Assembly (NCBI RefSeq): GCF_964194155.1
Contig: NC_135888.1
Location: 91,822,001 to 91,886,000, forward strand
Source of the DNA: Cetorhinus maximus
Taxonomy: Eukaryota
Direction: 5' to 3'
DNA length: 64,000 nucleotides
Part shown: positions 13,211-25,384 of the stretch, in pieces
Layout of the letters: each line of letters starts with the position of its first letter
Numbering within the stretch: position 1 is the stretch's first letter
Position numbers and translations under genes: made by a program
The notes under the pieces: generated by a model
The model's input: only the letters and a program-made list of their open reading frames with translations
Databases searched by the model: none
Told to the model about the DNA's origin: nothing

Positions 13211-13939
13211 CATTCATTCTTTGCTCACAGATAAGTCCAGACCAATGCGAGCACAGGAAGGAGGCAGAACATGTAGGATGGCATACCTAGAAGACAAAGA
13301 AGTGAAGTCAAAAGAAATACTAATGAAACAGAAAAATACAAAAACACAAGAATTCTTGCAATAGAGAGGAAAAATCAAAGAAACTGAGAGCACCTACCTG
13401 ATAGCAAACTGTTCTTTTAATGTCCAAGGGGTGAGAGAAGTGATAAACAAAGACTTTTTTGCTATTGAACTATCTTTGAAGCCCTGTATCTCTTGTGGTA
13501 TCTGTCTTACCTACTTCAATCATTTATTTAACCTCTTGAGGATCAGCTGTGCCAAAGTACTCCCTGATTCCTCAAGTTAATGAAGTGAAACTACAGAGCA
13601 GCTAAATATCACCACATCTCCACTATTTTGTCCTGGTCTACAATATCATACAATCTGCACAAAGCCATCATGTAATGTGGAGTATTTCATTTCACTCTAT
13701 ACCTGCTCCTATAATCCTAAATGCTGTACCAACAGAATACTTATTTATCTCTTTCTATTATATAGATAATTTCAAAATAAAATAGCCTCAGGGTTCTCTC
13801 AATGTGCTGCCTGAAATTCTTGGAAAAGTAGTAGCGAGATTACAGCTCCAACCATTATTATTGCATAAAATCTCCAACAATTTGCAGTGCCGAATAGAAA
13901 TGCTGTGAATTGTGAATTATCACAAATTGCTGGTTGATT

Positions 13940-15240
13940 TACATATGAACATACGGTTTAGTAGCATGAGTTGGCCACTTGGCCCCTTGAGCCTGCTCCA
14001 CCATTCAGTACGATCAAGGCTGATCTGATTGTATCCTCAACCCCACATTCCTGTCTGCCCCTATAACCTTTCACCTCCTTGTTAATCAAGAATCTATCTA
14101 CCAATGCCTTAAAAATATTTGAAGGCTCTGCTTCCACTGCCTTTTGAGGAAGAGAGTTCCAAAGACTCATGACCCTCTGAGAGAAAAAAAAATCATCTCT
14201 GTCTTAAATGGGCGCCCACTTATTTTTGAACAGTAACCCCTAGTTCTAGATTCTCCCCACAAGAAGAAACATCTTCTTCACATCCAACTTGTCAAGGGCC
14301 CCTCAGGTTCTTACATGTTTCAATCAAGCCACTTCTTACTCTTCTAAACTCCAGCAGATACAAGCCTAGCCCGTCTAACCTTTCCTCATATGACAATCTG
14401 CCCATTCCAGTGGCAGAATTTTGAGTTTGTCGTGCGGGAGCAGTCGGTTAGTCCAGGAGCGGCTGAGAAATGGGCCGCCACCTGCAATCAGCCTCCGACT
14501 GCGAAATCACTCTTGCTGGCCAATTAATGGCCAGCCAGTGCGAAAGGTGCACTGAAATGCTCAGCACTGCCGGTGTGGGGGTGGGGGCAGGGCGAGTGCT
14601 GAAGTCAGTGCAGGGGCAGGGCAACATGAATGAAAGTCCCCTGAAGGCAGAGAGCTGCCTCAGGAAGCTGAGGAATCCAAATGCAATAAAAACAGATTTT
14701 AAAATCCGGAAAAAAATACCCACGCATCAGAAACAGTCACCTGAACATATACAAGATGAAAATTTTGTGCAAACGTTTTTATTTTTTAAAATTAATATCA
14801 GAAACCTCATCCTACCTTTGGATGAGGTTCCCTCAAAAATGCAAAGGCTGCCTGGCTGATTCACCCACTCAGCATAACGTTGGATGGGCAACGAAAAATC
14901 ACGGTTGATTAATAAGTTAATGGCCTTAATAGGCCTTTTAATTGTTGGTGGGCGCACTGTCAACTCTCACGGACGCCAGCCGACCAAAATATCGCGCGTT
15001 GACGTTGGGATGCTCACCCAACATCATCATGCACTAGTTCACGCTTGAGCGTGTCGGGTGAAAAATTCTGCCCCAGGTATTAGTAAACCTTCTCTGAACT
15101 TCTTCCAATGCATTATCACCCTTCCTTAAATAAGGAGATCCATACCATACACAGTACTCCAGATGTGTTCTCACCAATGTCCTGTATAACTGAAGCACAA
15201 TCTCGCTACTTTTGTATTTGCACCACTCTGCCATTAGCTT
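13940..15240 (-). mobile_element. CR1 LINE 3' fragment interrupted by a MITE
   Basis: ORFs SLWNSLPQKAVEAE...FKALVDRFL (13958-14170) and YKSSEIVLQLYRTLVRTHLEYCV...VQRRFT (15034-15267). Confidence 0.85.
14411..15073 (+). mobile_element. Harbinger-type hairpin MITE, copy 1 (orientation arbitrarily +)
   Basis: TGGCAGAATTTT...AAAATTCTGCCC with CAG TSD at 14408-14410 / 15074-15076; the CR1 is restored when it is removed. Confidence 0.9.
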
Positions 15241-15603
15241 GGCATCAATCTCCACATTTAAATTCATTTAGTGGGAAGGAATTGCTGGATTTGCAGCATG
15301 AAAAGAAATTAATCTTGCTGTTGCCATTTAGGGGCTTCTAGTTCCTGCCACAATAGCCCTGTCAATGGTGCCGTCATGCCACTGAATGATGAGATCCAGA
15401 AAAGGAATATTGAAATTGTAGAGTATCACTTGCCCAACTTGTAAGTTATTACCACTAGTAAGTGGTTTTATAAATATTATATTTTTCTGTTCTGCTGTTA
15501 CTCGTCCTTTCTGTCTCTTTCGCATTTAATCTACTTTTTTTTCTTTTCCTCTCTTTAGTTCTCATCTTGTATCTAATTTGATTCTTAGTTACCCTATTTC
15601 CTT

Positions 15604-15930
15604 TGAGGTCTTGTGGTGCAGCGGATAGCATCCCTGCCTCTGAGCCAGAAGCTCCAGGTTGAGTCTCACTCCAGGACATGATAGTCAAGGAAGGTGCATT
15701 CGTAAAATGGCCAAACAGGTAGATTACCAAACTCTAAATCCTTCCAGTACATCTATGACAGAAGGTAAGAGTAGGAGAATCTCTTTGTCAGCCATGATTG
15801 ATGTGGAGTGGCACCCCTCGATATGCTCTGGTGTCAGGCTGGCAACCTGCTCCAGGGAAAACTAGCTACAGAAAGAGTCAGAAGCATGTGCTTTGTCTGA
15901 CCCATGCGTCATTAGATGTGGGAAGCATCT
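15604..15930 (+). mobile_element. tRNA-derived SINE, second family
   Basis: A-box-like TGGTGCAGCGG and B-box-like GGTTGAGTCT at tRNA spacing, followed by a ~250-bp body; 3' end approximate. Confidence 0.55.
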
Positions 15931-16299
15931 AAGTCTATTTACTTCTCTGTTGCTAATTCTGTTTCTTTATGCTTAAGTTTGATTGGTTGAAGAGGTAGAG
16001 TATTGGACCCAACATTCATAAGAGAGAAAATGTCCCGTTGATGTTGCCACCTCACTATCAATTTACATTTGTAATAACTTACAGTGCAAACATAATATGA
16101 CCTGAAAAGTGAGAGAAAAAATATCCAACCCATGCTGCTCAATGTGAGATGTGCTACTCCACCAATTTCTGTGCTGTTAACATTTGGCTTGCTTGCCATG
16201 ATCTGGTTGTGTTATGAGTCACCGCTCTTGACATTTCACAGAATTAGCAGAATTGTAAAGAACAGAAGGAGGCCATTTGGTCTATCATGTCTGCACTGG

Positions 16300-19200
16300 A
16301 TCTCTGAACGGAGCCATCCATCAGGCAGCAAATGCTGGATGTCCAGCAGGAGATACATGGAAATCGGGTGGAGCTTCCAGCAGAAATGTGTGCCCTGGTT
16401 CATGCAATGGAGAACCCATGTGGGGCATGAGTACTGTGGTAACCCTCTGAATGCACAGCATCCTCCATGGACAGATTGGCGGCCTTCATGGACAGCCAGC
16501 TCCAGGAGCTCACAAGGGTTTCTGGGTTTGGGTTCAGACATGCAAGCCTACACATGGGCAGTGACCTCAGCAGAGCATTGCGAATGTGAGACATGAATGA
16601 GGCACCTGGTGTCTCTGCTAGCTGTTCGTCCATCTATGGTGAGCAGGGAGGTCCAAGCAAACCTCATGTTGGCAGATGAGCGACAGCTGTCTTCACCTGT
16701 GTCTCCTCTCAGGGTGCTCCCGATGGTGATAGCAGCTCCTCCGCCCTTCTGCTATTGACAGTATTGTCTCAGGATTCTGCAAGGACAGAGGAGTGTCTTA
16801 CAACTGTGCAGGACTCTCCCACTCAGTTAGGGCCCTCACAGCCCCCAGCAACCAGAAGACGACTGTCAAGATCATCCAGGCTAACAGGGCATCTCAGAGA
16901 GTAGCCTTCCTCCAATGCAGCTGCCAGCAATGGGGGAAACACCAAGACGAAGCACTCGTAAATGGTTTAAAAAGTCAAAATAAACACAGAAGGACAATCA
17001 CGGGTGAAATTCTTTAGCTGTGCGACTTGTGTATTGTTGTTGCACATCACCTTATGAAATTGTTATTTCATATCACATGTTCTTCTTGTGCTATGGGTCC
17101 CATTAAGATTGGAGTCCTGCAACTCAATCCCAAAGAAGTAATTGAGCATGAATGTTCTTTTTCAGAGGAGGTGCAGGCTCAAGAGTGTTTCAGGAGGGTT
17201 CATGTGGTCTGAGCAACTATGTCACTGCAGCTGTTCAAGGATATGGAATGAGAACTTTGGATGCCTCCTGGAAGCTCCTTTGAGTGAGAGCTTCCCTGGT
17301 CTCTCTGGCTTCCAAAAGCTGCTGCCCTGCTGGCTCCTCAACATGGCTCTGTGGCTGTGGAGGCTCTTCCTCAGAGTCTGTGTTCAATTTGTCCTGAAAC
17401 ATTTGCGGCCATACATCCCAGTATCACTCTTCCATCCGATCTCCCAGAGAAAGAGCCAGTTTGTGCAGGGCACAGCAAACAGCAACAATGAGAGACACAC
17501 GTTCCAGTGCATATTGAAGAGATCCCCCAGACCAGTCCAGGCAATGGGACCTCATTTTGAACAGATTGATCATCCTCTTGAATTTGGCCCCTGTGGAGGC
17601 ATGGCTTCTGTTGTACCTCTCTTCAGCGGAGGTTCGAGGATGCCTTTTAGATGTAATCAGCCGTCTTTTATATATCTTTTATCCCCCACCAGCCAGCTAG
17701 CCAATAAAGCAGGAGGGCTGAAAAGCCTTGGAACCAGGGAGTGCCAGAGAATATAAATAATGGCAACTCCCAGGGTGCCTTGCACAAACCTGGGGGATCT
17801 GCTGATGATTATCACACACTAGCTGAATGTTGAGCGAGTGGTAGCCTTTATGACTCACAAAGGTCCCCGGCTCTCCAGCAGGTGCTTTGATCACCAAATG
17901 GGTGCAATTAATGGTGCCCTGAATCTTTGGGAAGTTGCAATAGCTGGAAACCCTATTCCAGGCTCTGCCTGGCTATTCTCATTGTTCTGAAATGTATGAA
18001 GGTATTCACCCCCCTGAGGAGTACATCTGTGACAAGCTTTATGCAGTTGTGTGCTGCAGATTATGGCACACTGCAGAGATCTCGTACGGGACCCTGCAAG
18101 AATGCTCAAGCATAAAAATTGGGCACAACAGTCCCTTTCAGTGCCAAAGGCATAGACTGTTCCCCCACCCCCCCCCAACACAGATGCAATTCCAGGCCCA
18201 ATCATTTCGCAGATGGAAAGTCACTGTCAACTTGAAAGGCGGATCCTTCTTCTGCACCTTGCCTCTGTCATGTCCAGATAGTTGGATCTAACTCTGTATA
18301 CTCTACCTTCAGGGGAATGGCACCTCCGCTGGCCCCTTCTCTCTTGCACGCCGCGCTGGCCTTCAACCCCTTCAGGGTGTGCCGCTTGCTCTTTTGGACA
18401 GACATGCTGATGATTCCTCTGGCCAGCTTGTTTCCTGACTTTTCTTTTCCTCTCCTCTTCATCTGAGGAAAAGCCTCCACCTGACATAACAATCCCCATT
18501 TTTAAACTGTTGTATTGCTGAAGTGCAGACTGACTGGCCAGAATCTTCGGGTCGGCGAGCAGGTGCGGACCCCGCTCGCCAATGCATAAAATGACACACG
18601 GTGATGTCGAGCATGCGTCCCGATGTCACCGCACATCATTCAGATCTTCAGTTCAGTGGGCGTGCACTGGAGTCAGCTGCACGCCCACCGAACTGTCAAA
18701 GGCCTATTAAGGCCATTTAAATTCCAATTATAATAATTAACACCACTGCCTGTCCAACCTTAAGGTTGGCGGGCAGGCAAAGAGCCCAGGCGGCCTTTGC
18801 ATTTATCGTGAAACCTCATCCATGGGTGAGATGAGGTTTCATGAAGGCTTTAAAACATTAATAAAAAATTTTAATACAATTTATAAACATGTCCCAGCTC
18901 ATGTGACACTGTCACATGAGGGGGCATGTCTTTAAATTTTTTTTTCCCTTTATTAACATTTTGAAAAATTAAAGTAATCTCCCTGAGGCAGCTCTGTGCC
19001 TCAGGGAGTTTTCTGCGCTCTTTCGCACGATGCGCAAAAGAGCACAGGCCCCAACTCAGCCTACTCCCCCCCCACCCGCACAGGGAGCATTCAGCACTTC
19101 TGGGTGCGTGTAACGCTGAGTGGGCCTTAATTGGCCCACCCACGTAAAATAGCGGCGCACAGCCAATCGCGGGCGGCAATTGGCTGTGCACCCGCCTGCT

Positions 19201-19620
19201 CCTGCCCAACTCCCCCAACGGGGAGAAAATTCCCCCCACTGATGCTTTGGCCAGTCCATAAATGCCTCTTCAAGGACAGAAGCCTCCTTACCTCAAAAAA
19301 AGAGCAAGATGGTTCACAGGGCAATCAAAAAAGTCCAGGCTTAAACAAGAAATGTTTACTCCTACCTCTAGACTCTTCGCTCCATCCTTGGCCTTATACC
19401 CTGCCTTGGATTTAGAAAGTTCTAATTGTGCATTCCCCATCTGCCCATCCAGCCTGTGCACTGACCATTAAAAGGCAAGAGTTGCTTAAAATTGCCGTGC
19501 ATTGCCTTTTTACTTGGATGAATTGTGCCTTAAATTGACGTTGAGCAGGCTGCCAACATTCGGCCATGCACACCCACTGAAATATTGCAACGCGGCTTGG
19601 GGTTCCTGAGGTCATCATGC
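16300..19620. mobile_element. Harbinger relic: partner-gene 3' part on + (~16300-17000), transposase on - (~17200-18499), subterminal region split by a MITE
   Basis: ORF 18227-18499 (-) ...RVYRVRSNYLDMTEARCRRRIRL; ORF 17697-17897 (-) IKAPAGEPGTFVSHKGYHSLNIQLVCDNHQQIPQVCARHPGSCH. Confidence 0.8.
18536..19237 (-). mobile_element. Hairpin MITE copy 2
   Basis: GGCCAGAATCTT...AAAATTCCCCCC, ACT TSD (18533-18535 / 19238-19240), both internal hairpins present. Confidence 0.9.
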
Positions 19621-21898
19621 TCCTTCATGGCATGTCGGGAATACCATGTGTCTACACCTACTGCCCCAGGGAGAGCAAGGGATCCAACACTGACCCCTGG
19701 GGAACTCCACTACAAACCTTCCTCCTGCCCAAAAACATGTATTAACCACTACTCCCTGTTTCCTGTCACTCAGCCAATTTAATATCCATGTTGCTACTGT
19801 CTCTTTTATTCCATGAGTTATAACTTTGCTCACAAGTCTGTTGTGCCACATTATATCAAATGCCTTTTGGAAACTCATGTTTCCATGAGAACATGTCAAC
19901 AGCATTACCCTCGTCATCCTTCTTTGCTTATCTCATCAAAAAACTCAAGAAAGTTAAACATGATTTTTCTTTAACAATTCTGTGCTGACCTTCTTTAATT
20001 CACCCAAATGTGTCCATGTGACTGTTAATTTTTTCCTCAATTATTGTTTCCACAAGTTTCCCCACTACTGTATTTAAACTGACTGGCCTGTATTTGCTGG
20101 GTTTATTTTTACATGCTTTTTTGGATAAAGGTGTGACATTTCTAATTCACCAGTCCTCTGGTACCACCCAGCCTAAAGAAGGCTGGAAAATTATGGCCAG
20201 TGCCTGTGCAATTTCCACTCTCACTCCTGTTGGATACAACTCATCTGGTCCTGGTGCCTTATCTACTTTAAGTATCAAGAGCCTATCTCATAGCTCTTCC
20301 TTATCAATGTTAAATCCTTCTGATGCATTAATTACCTTCTCTTTCACCTTGGCCTGGTTAGCATCTACTTCTTTGGTGAAGACAGATACAATGTATTAAT
20401 TTAATACCTCAGCTATTCCCCCTGCCTCCATACATTAATCCCTTTTTTGGTCCCTTATTGGCCATATTCCTTTTACTACACTGTAACTAGCTACATGTCA
20501 ATAGAATACTTTGGGATTCCCTTTTATGTTAGCTGCCAGACTCTTTTCGTATTCCCTCTTTACTTCTCTTGTTAGCTTTTTCACTTCCCCTCTGAATCTT
20601 CTATGTTCAGCCTGGTTCTCCATGGTATTATCTATCTAACATCTTTTATAAGCACACATTTTCTTCATTATCTCAATCTCTATTTCTTTTGTCATCCAGG
20701 GAGCTCGGGATTTGTTTTCTCTTCCTTTCTCCTTTGCGGGAATATATCTAGACTGTGTCCGAGCTATTTCTTCTTTGAACGTAGCCCATTGTTCAGCTAC
20801 CGTTTTTTCCTGCCAACCTTTGATTCCAATTTATTCAGCCCAGATCCATTCTTACCCCACTGAAGTTGGCTTTCTGCCAGTTAATTATTCTTACTCTAGA
20901 TTGTTCTTTGTCATTTTCCATAGCTAACCTAAACCTTATGATACATTGGTCACTGTGCCCTAAATGTTCTCCTACTGATATTTGATCCACTTGGCCCACC
21001 TCATTCCCTTAAACTAGGTCCAGCAGTGCCTCCCCTCTTGTTGGACTGGAAACACACTGCTGTAGAAACTTTTCCTGAACATACTCTAGGAACTCTTCCC
21101 CCTCTTTGCCCTTTACACTTCTACTATCCCAGTCTATTGTCAGGAGCATATCTTCTTATTTTTGTTGGACTGTTGTAAAGAACATATCTTGTTATTTTCT
21201 GTTGGATTGTGGATTAAAATTACAATGGCTACAGGTTAAAAGACATGTCCACTGGAACAGGATGAGACATATATGCAATGTTGCAGTCCTGGAACAGGGT
21301 GGGCTGTGAAAAACAGAACGGTGCCAGAAATGAGTCCTGGATAAAGGGAGCTGCCTGACAACAGCAATTTAATTGGCTCCTGAGCAGGTGACCAGATTTT
21401 GTGTGAGAAGCAGTGCAGCTGAATAGCTCCTAGCCTGAAAGGAACAAGACCTGAAACCTCTTTCTTCTGTGTGTGGAATATTCCAGTAATTCCACAATAA
21501 TAGCATATCTCTATAACTGCTTTCTCTATGAAAACCCCTGTCAAGAGGGAAAAGGGAAAATCATCCTTAGAGATATTGAAAGGCAAGTGCTCAACCAGTG
21601 AACTAAATACTGAGAGTCCTGGAAGACCACCTCATGGCATCAACAAGAATTGAAAGGAATTTGGAAGCCATCAGTCAATATCAACCCATCAAATCCTGTA
21701 CTCTGGATTTGGTGCCATTGAACAGTTTTACCCCACCCTTAAACTCCATGCTTTTGTTTGCCTTATGCATCTTGTATGTGTGTGATTTAAGAAGGAGTTA
21801 GAGTTTAAGTTATGGTATTGGAAATTAACAGTTTATATTTCTTTCTTTTGCCACTGGTTAATGGCAGTTTGTTCAATAAACATTTATTTACTTATTAA

Positions 21899-22891
21899 AA
21901 ACAAAAACAAAAATAAAAGCACCTGGAAAAACTCAGCAGGTCTGACAGCATCTGCAGAGAGGAACACAGTTAATGTTTCGAGTCCGTATGACCCTTCAAT
22001 AGAACTGAGGAAAAATAGAAGAGAGGTGAAGTCTAAGCTGGTTTAAGAGGGGGTGGGACAAGTAGAGCTGGATAGAGGGCCAGTGATAGGTGGAGATTGC
22101 CAAAAGATGTCATAGACAAAAGGACAAAGAGGTGTTGACGGTGGTGATATTAGCTAAGAAATGTGCTAAGTGGTGACATTAAGGGTAGAAAGCAGGATGA
22201 GCAAGGTACAGATAGCCCTAGTTGGGGTGGGGTGGGGAGAAGGGATCGAAATAGGCTAAAAGGTAGAGATAAAACAATGGATGGAAATACATTTAAAAAT
22301 AACGGAAATAGGTGGGAAAAGAAAAATCGATATAAATTATTGGAAAAAAGGGGGCTCGGAAAGGGGGTGGGGATGGAGGAGAGAGCTCATGATCTAAAAT
22401 TGTTGAACTAAATATTCAGTCCGGAAGGCTGTAAAGTGCCTAGTTGGAAGATGAGGTGCTGTTCCTCCAGTTTGTGTTGAGTTTCACTGGAACATTGCAG
22501 CAGGCCAAGGACGGACATGTGGGCATGAGAGCAGGGTGGAATGTTGAAATGGCAAGCGACAGGGAGGTCTGGGTCATGCTTGTGGACAGACTGAAGGTGT
22601 TCCGCAAAGCGGTCACCCAGTCTGCGTTTGGTCTCTCCAATGTAGAGGAAACCGCATTGGGTACAGCGAATGCAGTAGACTAAACTGAGGGAAGTGCTTC
22701 ACTTGAAAGGATTGTTTGGGCCCTTGGATGGTGAGGAGAGGGGAAGTAAAGGGGCAGGTGTTGCACCTTCTGCGGTTGCATGGGGAGGTGCCGTGGGAGG
22801 GGGTTGAGGTGTAGGGGGTGATGGAGGAGTGGACCAGGGTATCCCGGAGGGAACGATCCCTGCGGAATGCTGCCAGGGGGGTGAAAGGAAG
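21899..22891 (-). mobile_element. Penelope-like retroelement 3' fragment (GIY-YIG endonuclease C-terminus + pseudo-LTR)
   Basis: Minus strand reads YIGETKRRLGDRFAEHL...PVACHFN...LEEQHLIF; 13-bp TSD ATTTACTTATTAA (21886-21898 / 22892-22904). Confidence 0.9.
21968..22006 (-). ncRNA. Degenerate minimal type-I hammerhead ribozyme motif in Penelope pseudo-LTR
   Basis: AGUU-CUAUUGA-A-GGGUC AUACG GACUC-GAAAC AUU-AACU. Confidence 0.5.
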
Positions 22892-24587
22892 ATTTACTTA
22901 TTAATTTTGCAGACCTGGTGCTCATATTCTGCTAACCTAACCTAAAGAGCTAGGTAGAATTGGGACAATCTGGTAGTTTGGTCAAACTCTTCATATTTGT
23001 TTTGGCTCGGGGAACAGTGGGTCTTGATATTACAGCGCACTATCCCCAGTGAGTTGTGACACTATATTCAGATAATTAAAGTCCCCCATTATAACTACTT
23101 AATAATTATTGTACCTCTCTGTAATTTCATTGCAAATTTGTTCCCCTACATCCTTCCCATTAGTTGATGCCTATAGACTACAACAAAGCAATGTGATTGC
23201 ACCTTTTTTTATTTCTTAGCTCTAGCCAAATAGATTATTTCCTTCATCCCTCTGGGACATCCTCTCTCTACAGGGCTGCAATGCACTCCTTAATCAATAC
23301 TGCCACTCCTTCCCCTTTTCTTCCTTTCTTATCTTTCCTGAAAACATTGTATCCAGGAATATTTAGCAGTCCTGTCCTTTTTTGAGCCAAGTCTCTGTTA
23401 TAATTGCAACATCATATTTCCACATGTCAATTTGCACCTGTAACTCACCAATCTTCTTATCCACACTCTGTGCATTCACATACATGCACAGTATCCCTGA
23501 TATAGACTTTCTTCCTTACTTTGGCCCCATCTAATACCCTACTATTACCTACTCATGCTATTTATCTCTCCCAGCATTCTGTCTACCTGGGTATTCATCT
23601 CTGATATTTCTTCCTTGTTCCCATATCCCTGCCAAGTTAGTTTAAACCATCCCCAAAAACACGAGCAAATTGCCCTGCAAGGAACTCAGCATCTAGCCTG
23701 TATATGTCCCATCTCTCCCAGAGTCAGATCCAAGGAAACAATAATCTCAATAATCTCCTGTACCATCTTTCCAACCATGCATTCATCTGCTTTATACTCC
23801 TATATTTATACAGACTTGCGGGTGGCACTGTGAGTAATCTGGAGATTACTACTTTTGGGGCCCTGCTTGCTAATTTCCTACCTAGTTACCTAAATTCTGA
23901 CTGCAGGGCCACATCCCTCTTTCTTCCTATGTCATTCATATCAATGTGGACCATGGCTGCTGGCTGTTTGCCCTCCCCACTTAGGGTGCTCTGTAGCTGT
24001 TCAGTGACATCCTTGATCATGGCAGCAGTAAGGTGACACTTCATCCTGAATTCACATCTGTAGCACATAAATACCTGTCTATTCTCCTCACTATTGAATC
24101 AGCTTTCGCATTGCTCTTTCAGTCTTCCTTGTACCCCCTGTAAAGCTGAGCTACCCATGGTGACATGGATTTGGTTTAGGCTGCACTCCCCAGAGGAACC
24201 ATCACTTTCATCAGAACTGTTTGGTGATGCACTGCAATGATGTCAATTGCTGCTCAAGTTCCGAAACCCAGAGCTCAATCTGCTGCAACTAACTACAGTT
24301 CCTGTACAGATGGTACCCAGGACATGAGAAGTGTCCTGGTATTCTCACATAGCACAGGACGCATACTCTAGAGGTTGAAACAGCCCTGCCATTCCTTTAC
24401 CTGTTGGTTAATAACCTTGCCACTGCTAATAAACCTTACACTGCTAATAAATCTAATACTGATAAAGCCTACTAATACTTAATACACCCCACTAGTGGTA
24501 GTAAACATTACTTTTTTAAAAAGAGAAGATAAGACTTAGCATTTTATTCCCTAGTTTAGGTATGTGGGGAGAATTCCCATAACCTCC

Positions 24588-24690
24588 TGGGTTGCATGTC
24601 CCTGATGTGTGGCCACATTCCCTGGATTACATATCCCTGATTTGTGGCCAAATTCCTTGGGTTACATATCCTTGATGTGTGGCTGTTCAA
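24588..24690. repeat. ~35-bp tandem repeat x3 (GGGTTACATATCCCTGATGTGTGGCCAAATTCCTT-like)
   Basis: Directly visible; lies between the CR1 5' region and the LTR. Confidence 0.75.
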
Positions 24691-24701
24691 TTCCCCTTTT
24701 T

Positions 24702-25378
24702 TGTTCTTAAACACTAGAATTACAAGATGAGACGCCAACACCAGAATTTGGTTGCAAACCCATTCTCAATGTTCTTTATTGAGTAAAAATACAATAGACA
24801 AAATTTCCTTACAGTGTTCAGGTATGCTCACTATCACCTGCCCAGTCGGCCTTCAGTCGGTGGAGTGGGTTCCTTGGAGCCAGTGACCAACCAATCTCCT
24901 CTTCCTGCATCTGTCTGCAGATCAAAATATGTCTTCTTTTGTCTTCCTTTCTTCTCCTATTCTCTCTCTCTTTCTGTCTTTCTCCTCCCCGGGCTTAAAG
25001 CTGATAGGTTTTTATACCCTTCTTTGCTGCTGGCTTCTTTTCATGTAGGTGGGATTTCACCTGACCACAGTGATCTAATCAGTTGGACAATGGACCTTGT
25101 CCATTGTGGCCACAATTCACTGATCTAATTAGTTAAGTACTTCAGCAACTTATGCCTTGGCCTTTATATTTAGATAGAGTTGATTATTTATTATAAATGG
25201 GTACAGTAATAGCTGAAACAGTACAAGTGTTTGATAATGCTAAATGATTCAGCAATGTCCTTTTGTTCTGGGGTCAAAGTTTCTTCGGCAGTTTACTGAC
25301 GCCAGCTATGTTACCCCCAGGTTTAAATAGTTCATAAACATAGGTATAAGCCTGTTGAAAATACAATTGCCTCCTACA
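24702..25378 (-). mobile_element. 3' LTR of an env-bearing LTR retroelement / ERV (distal end approximate)
   Basis: On the minus strand a polypurine tract AAAGGGAGGAT immediately precedes TGTAGG (25378); TATAAAA at ~25010-25016; AATAAA at ~24775-24780. Confidence 0.7.
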
Positions 25379-25384
25379 ATCCTC

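Larger units (their letters stand above)
21138..23061 (+). mobile_element. Solo LTR (~0.9 kb once the Penelope insert is removed)
   Basis: TGTCA...TGACA inverted termini, perfect CTAT TSD (21134-21137 / 23062-23065), AATAAA at ~21875; the CR1 is restored when it is removed. Confidence 0.85.
19640..24390 (-). mobile_element. CR1 LINE (ORF1 esterase, APE, RT N-half), interrupted by a solo LTR
   Basis: ORF1 KDVTEQLQSTLSGEGKQPAAMVHIDMNDIGR (23886-24068); RT FQKAFDIMWHNRLVSK...WILNWLSDRKQGVVV (19615-19917); colinear with the CR1 at 56070-60054. Confidence 0.85.

Noticed and set aside
15604-15680. tRNA gene
   Set aside because: A/B boxes are present but there is no full cloverleaf and it continues into a SINE-like body.
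17142-17756. 204-aa + strand ORF as a novel gene
   Set aside because: Antisense shadow of the Harbinger transposase region; no recognisable domain.
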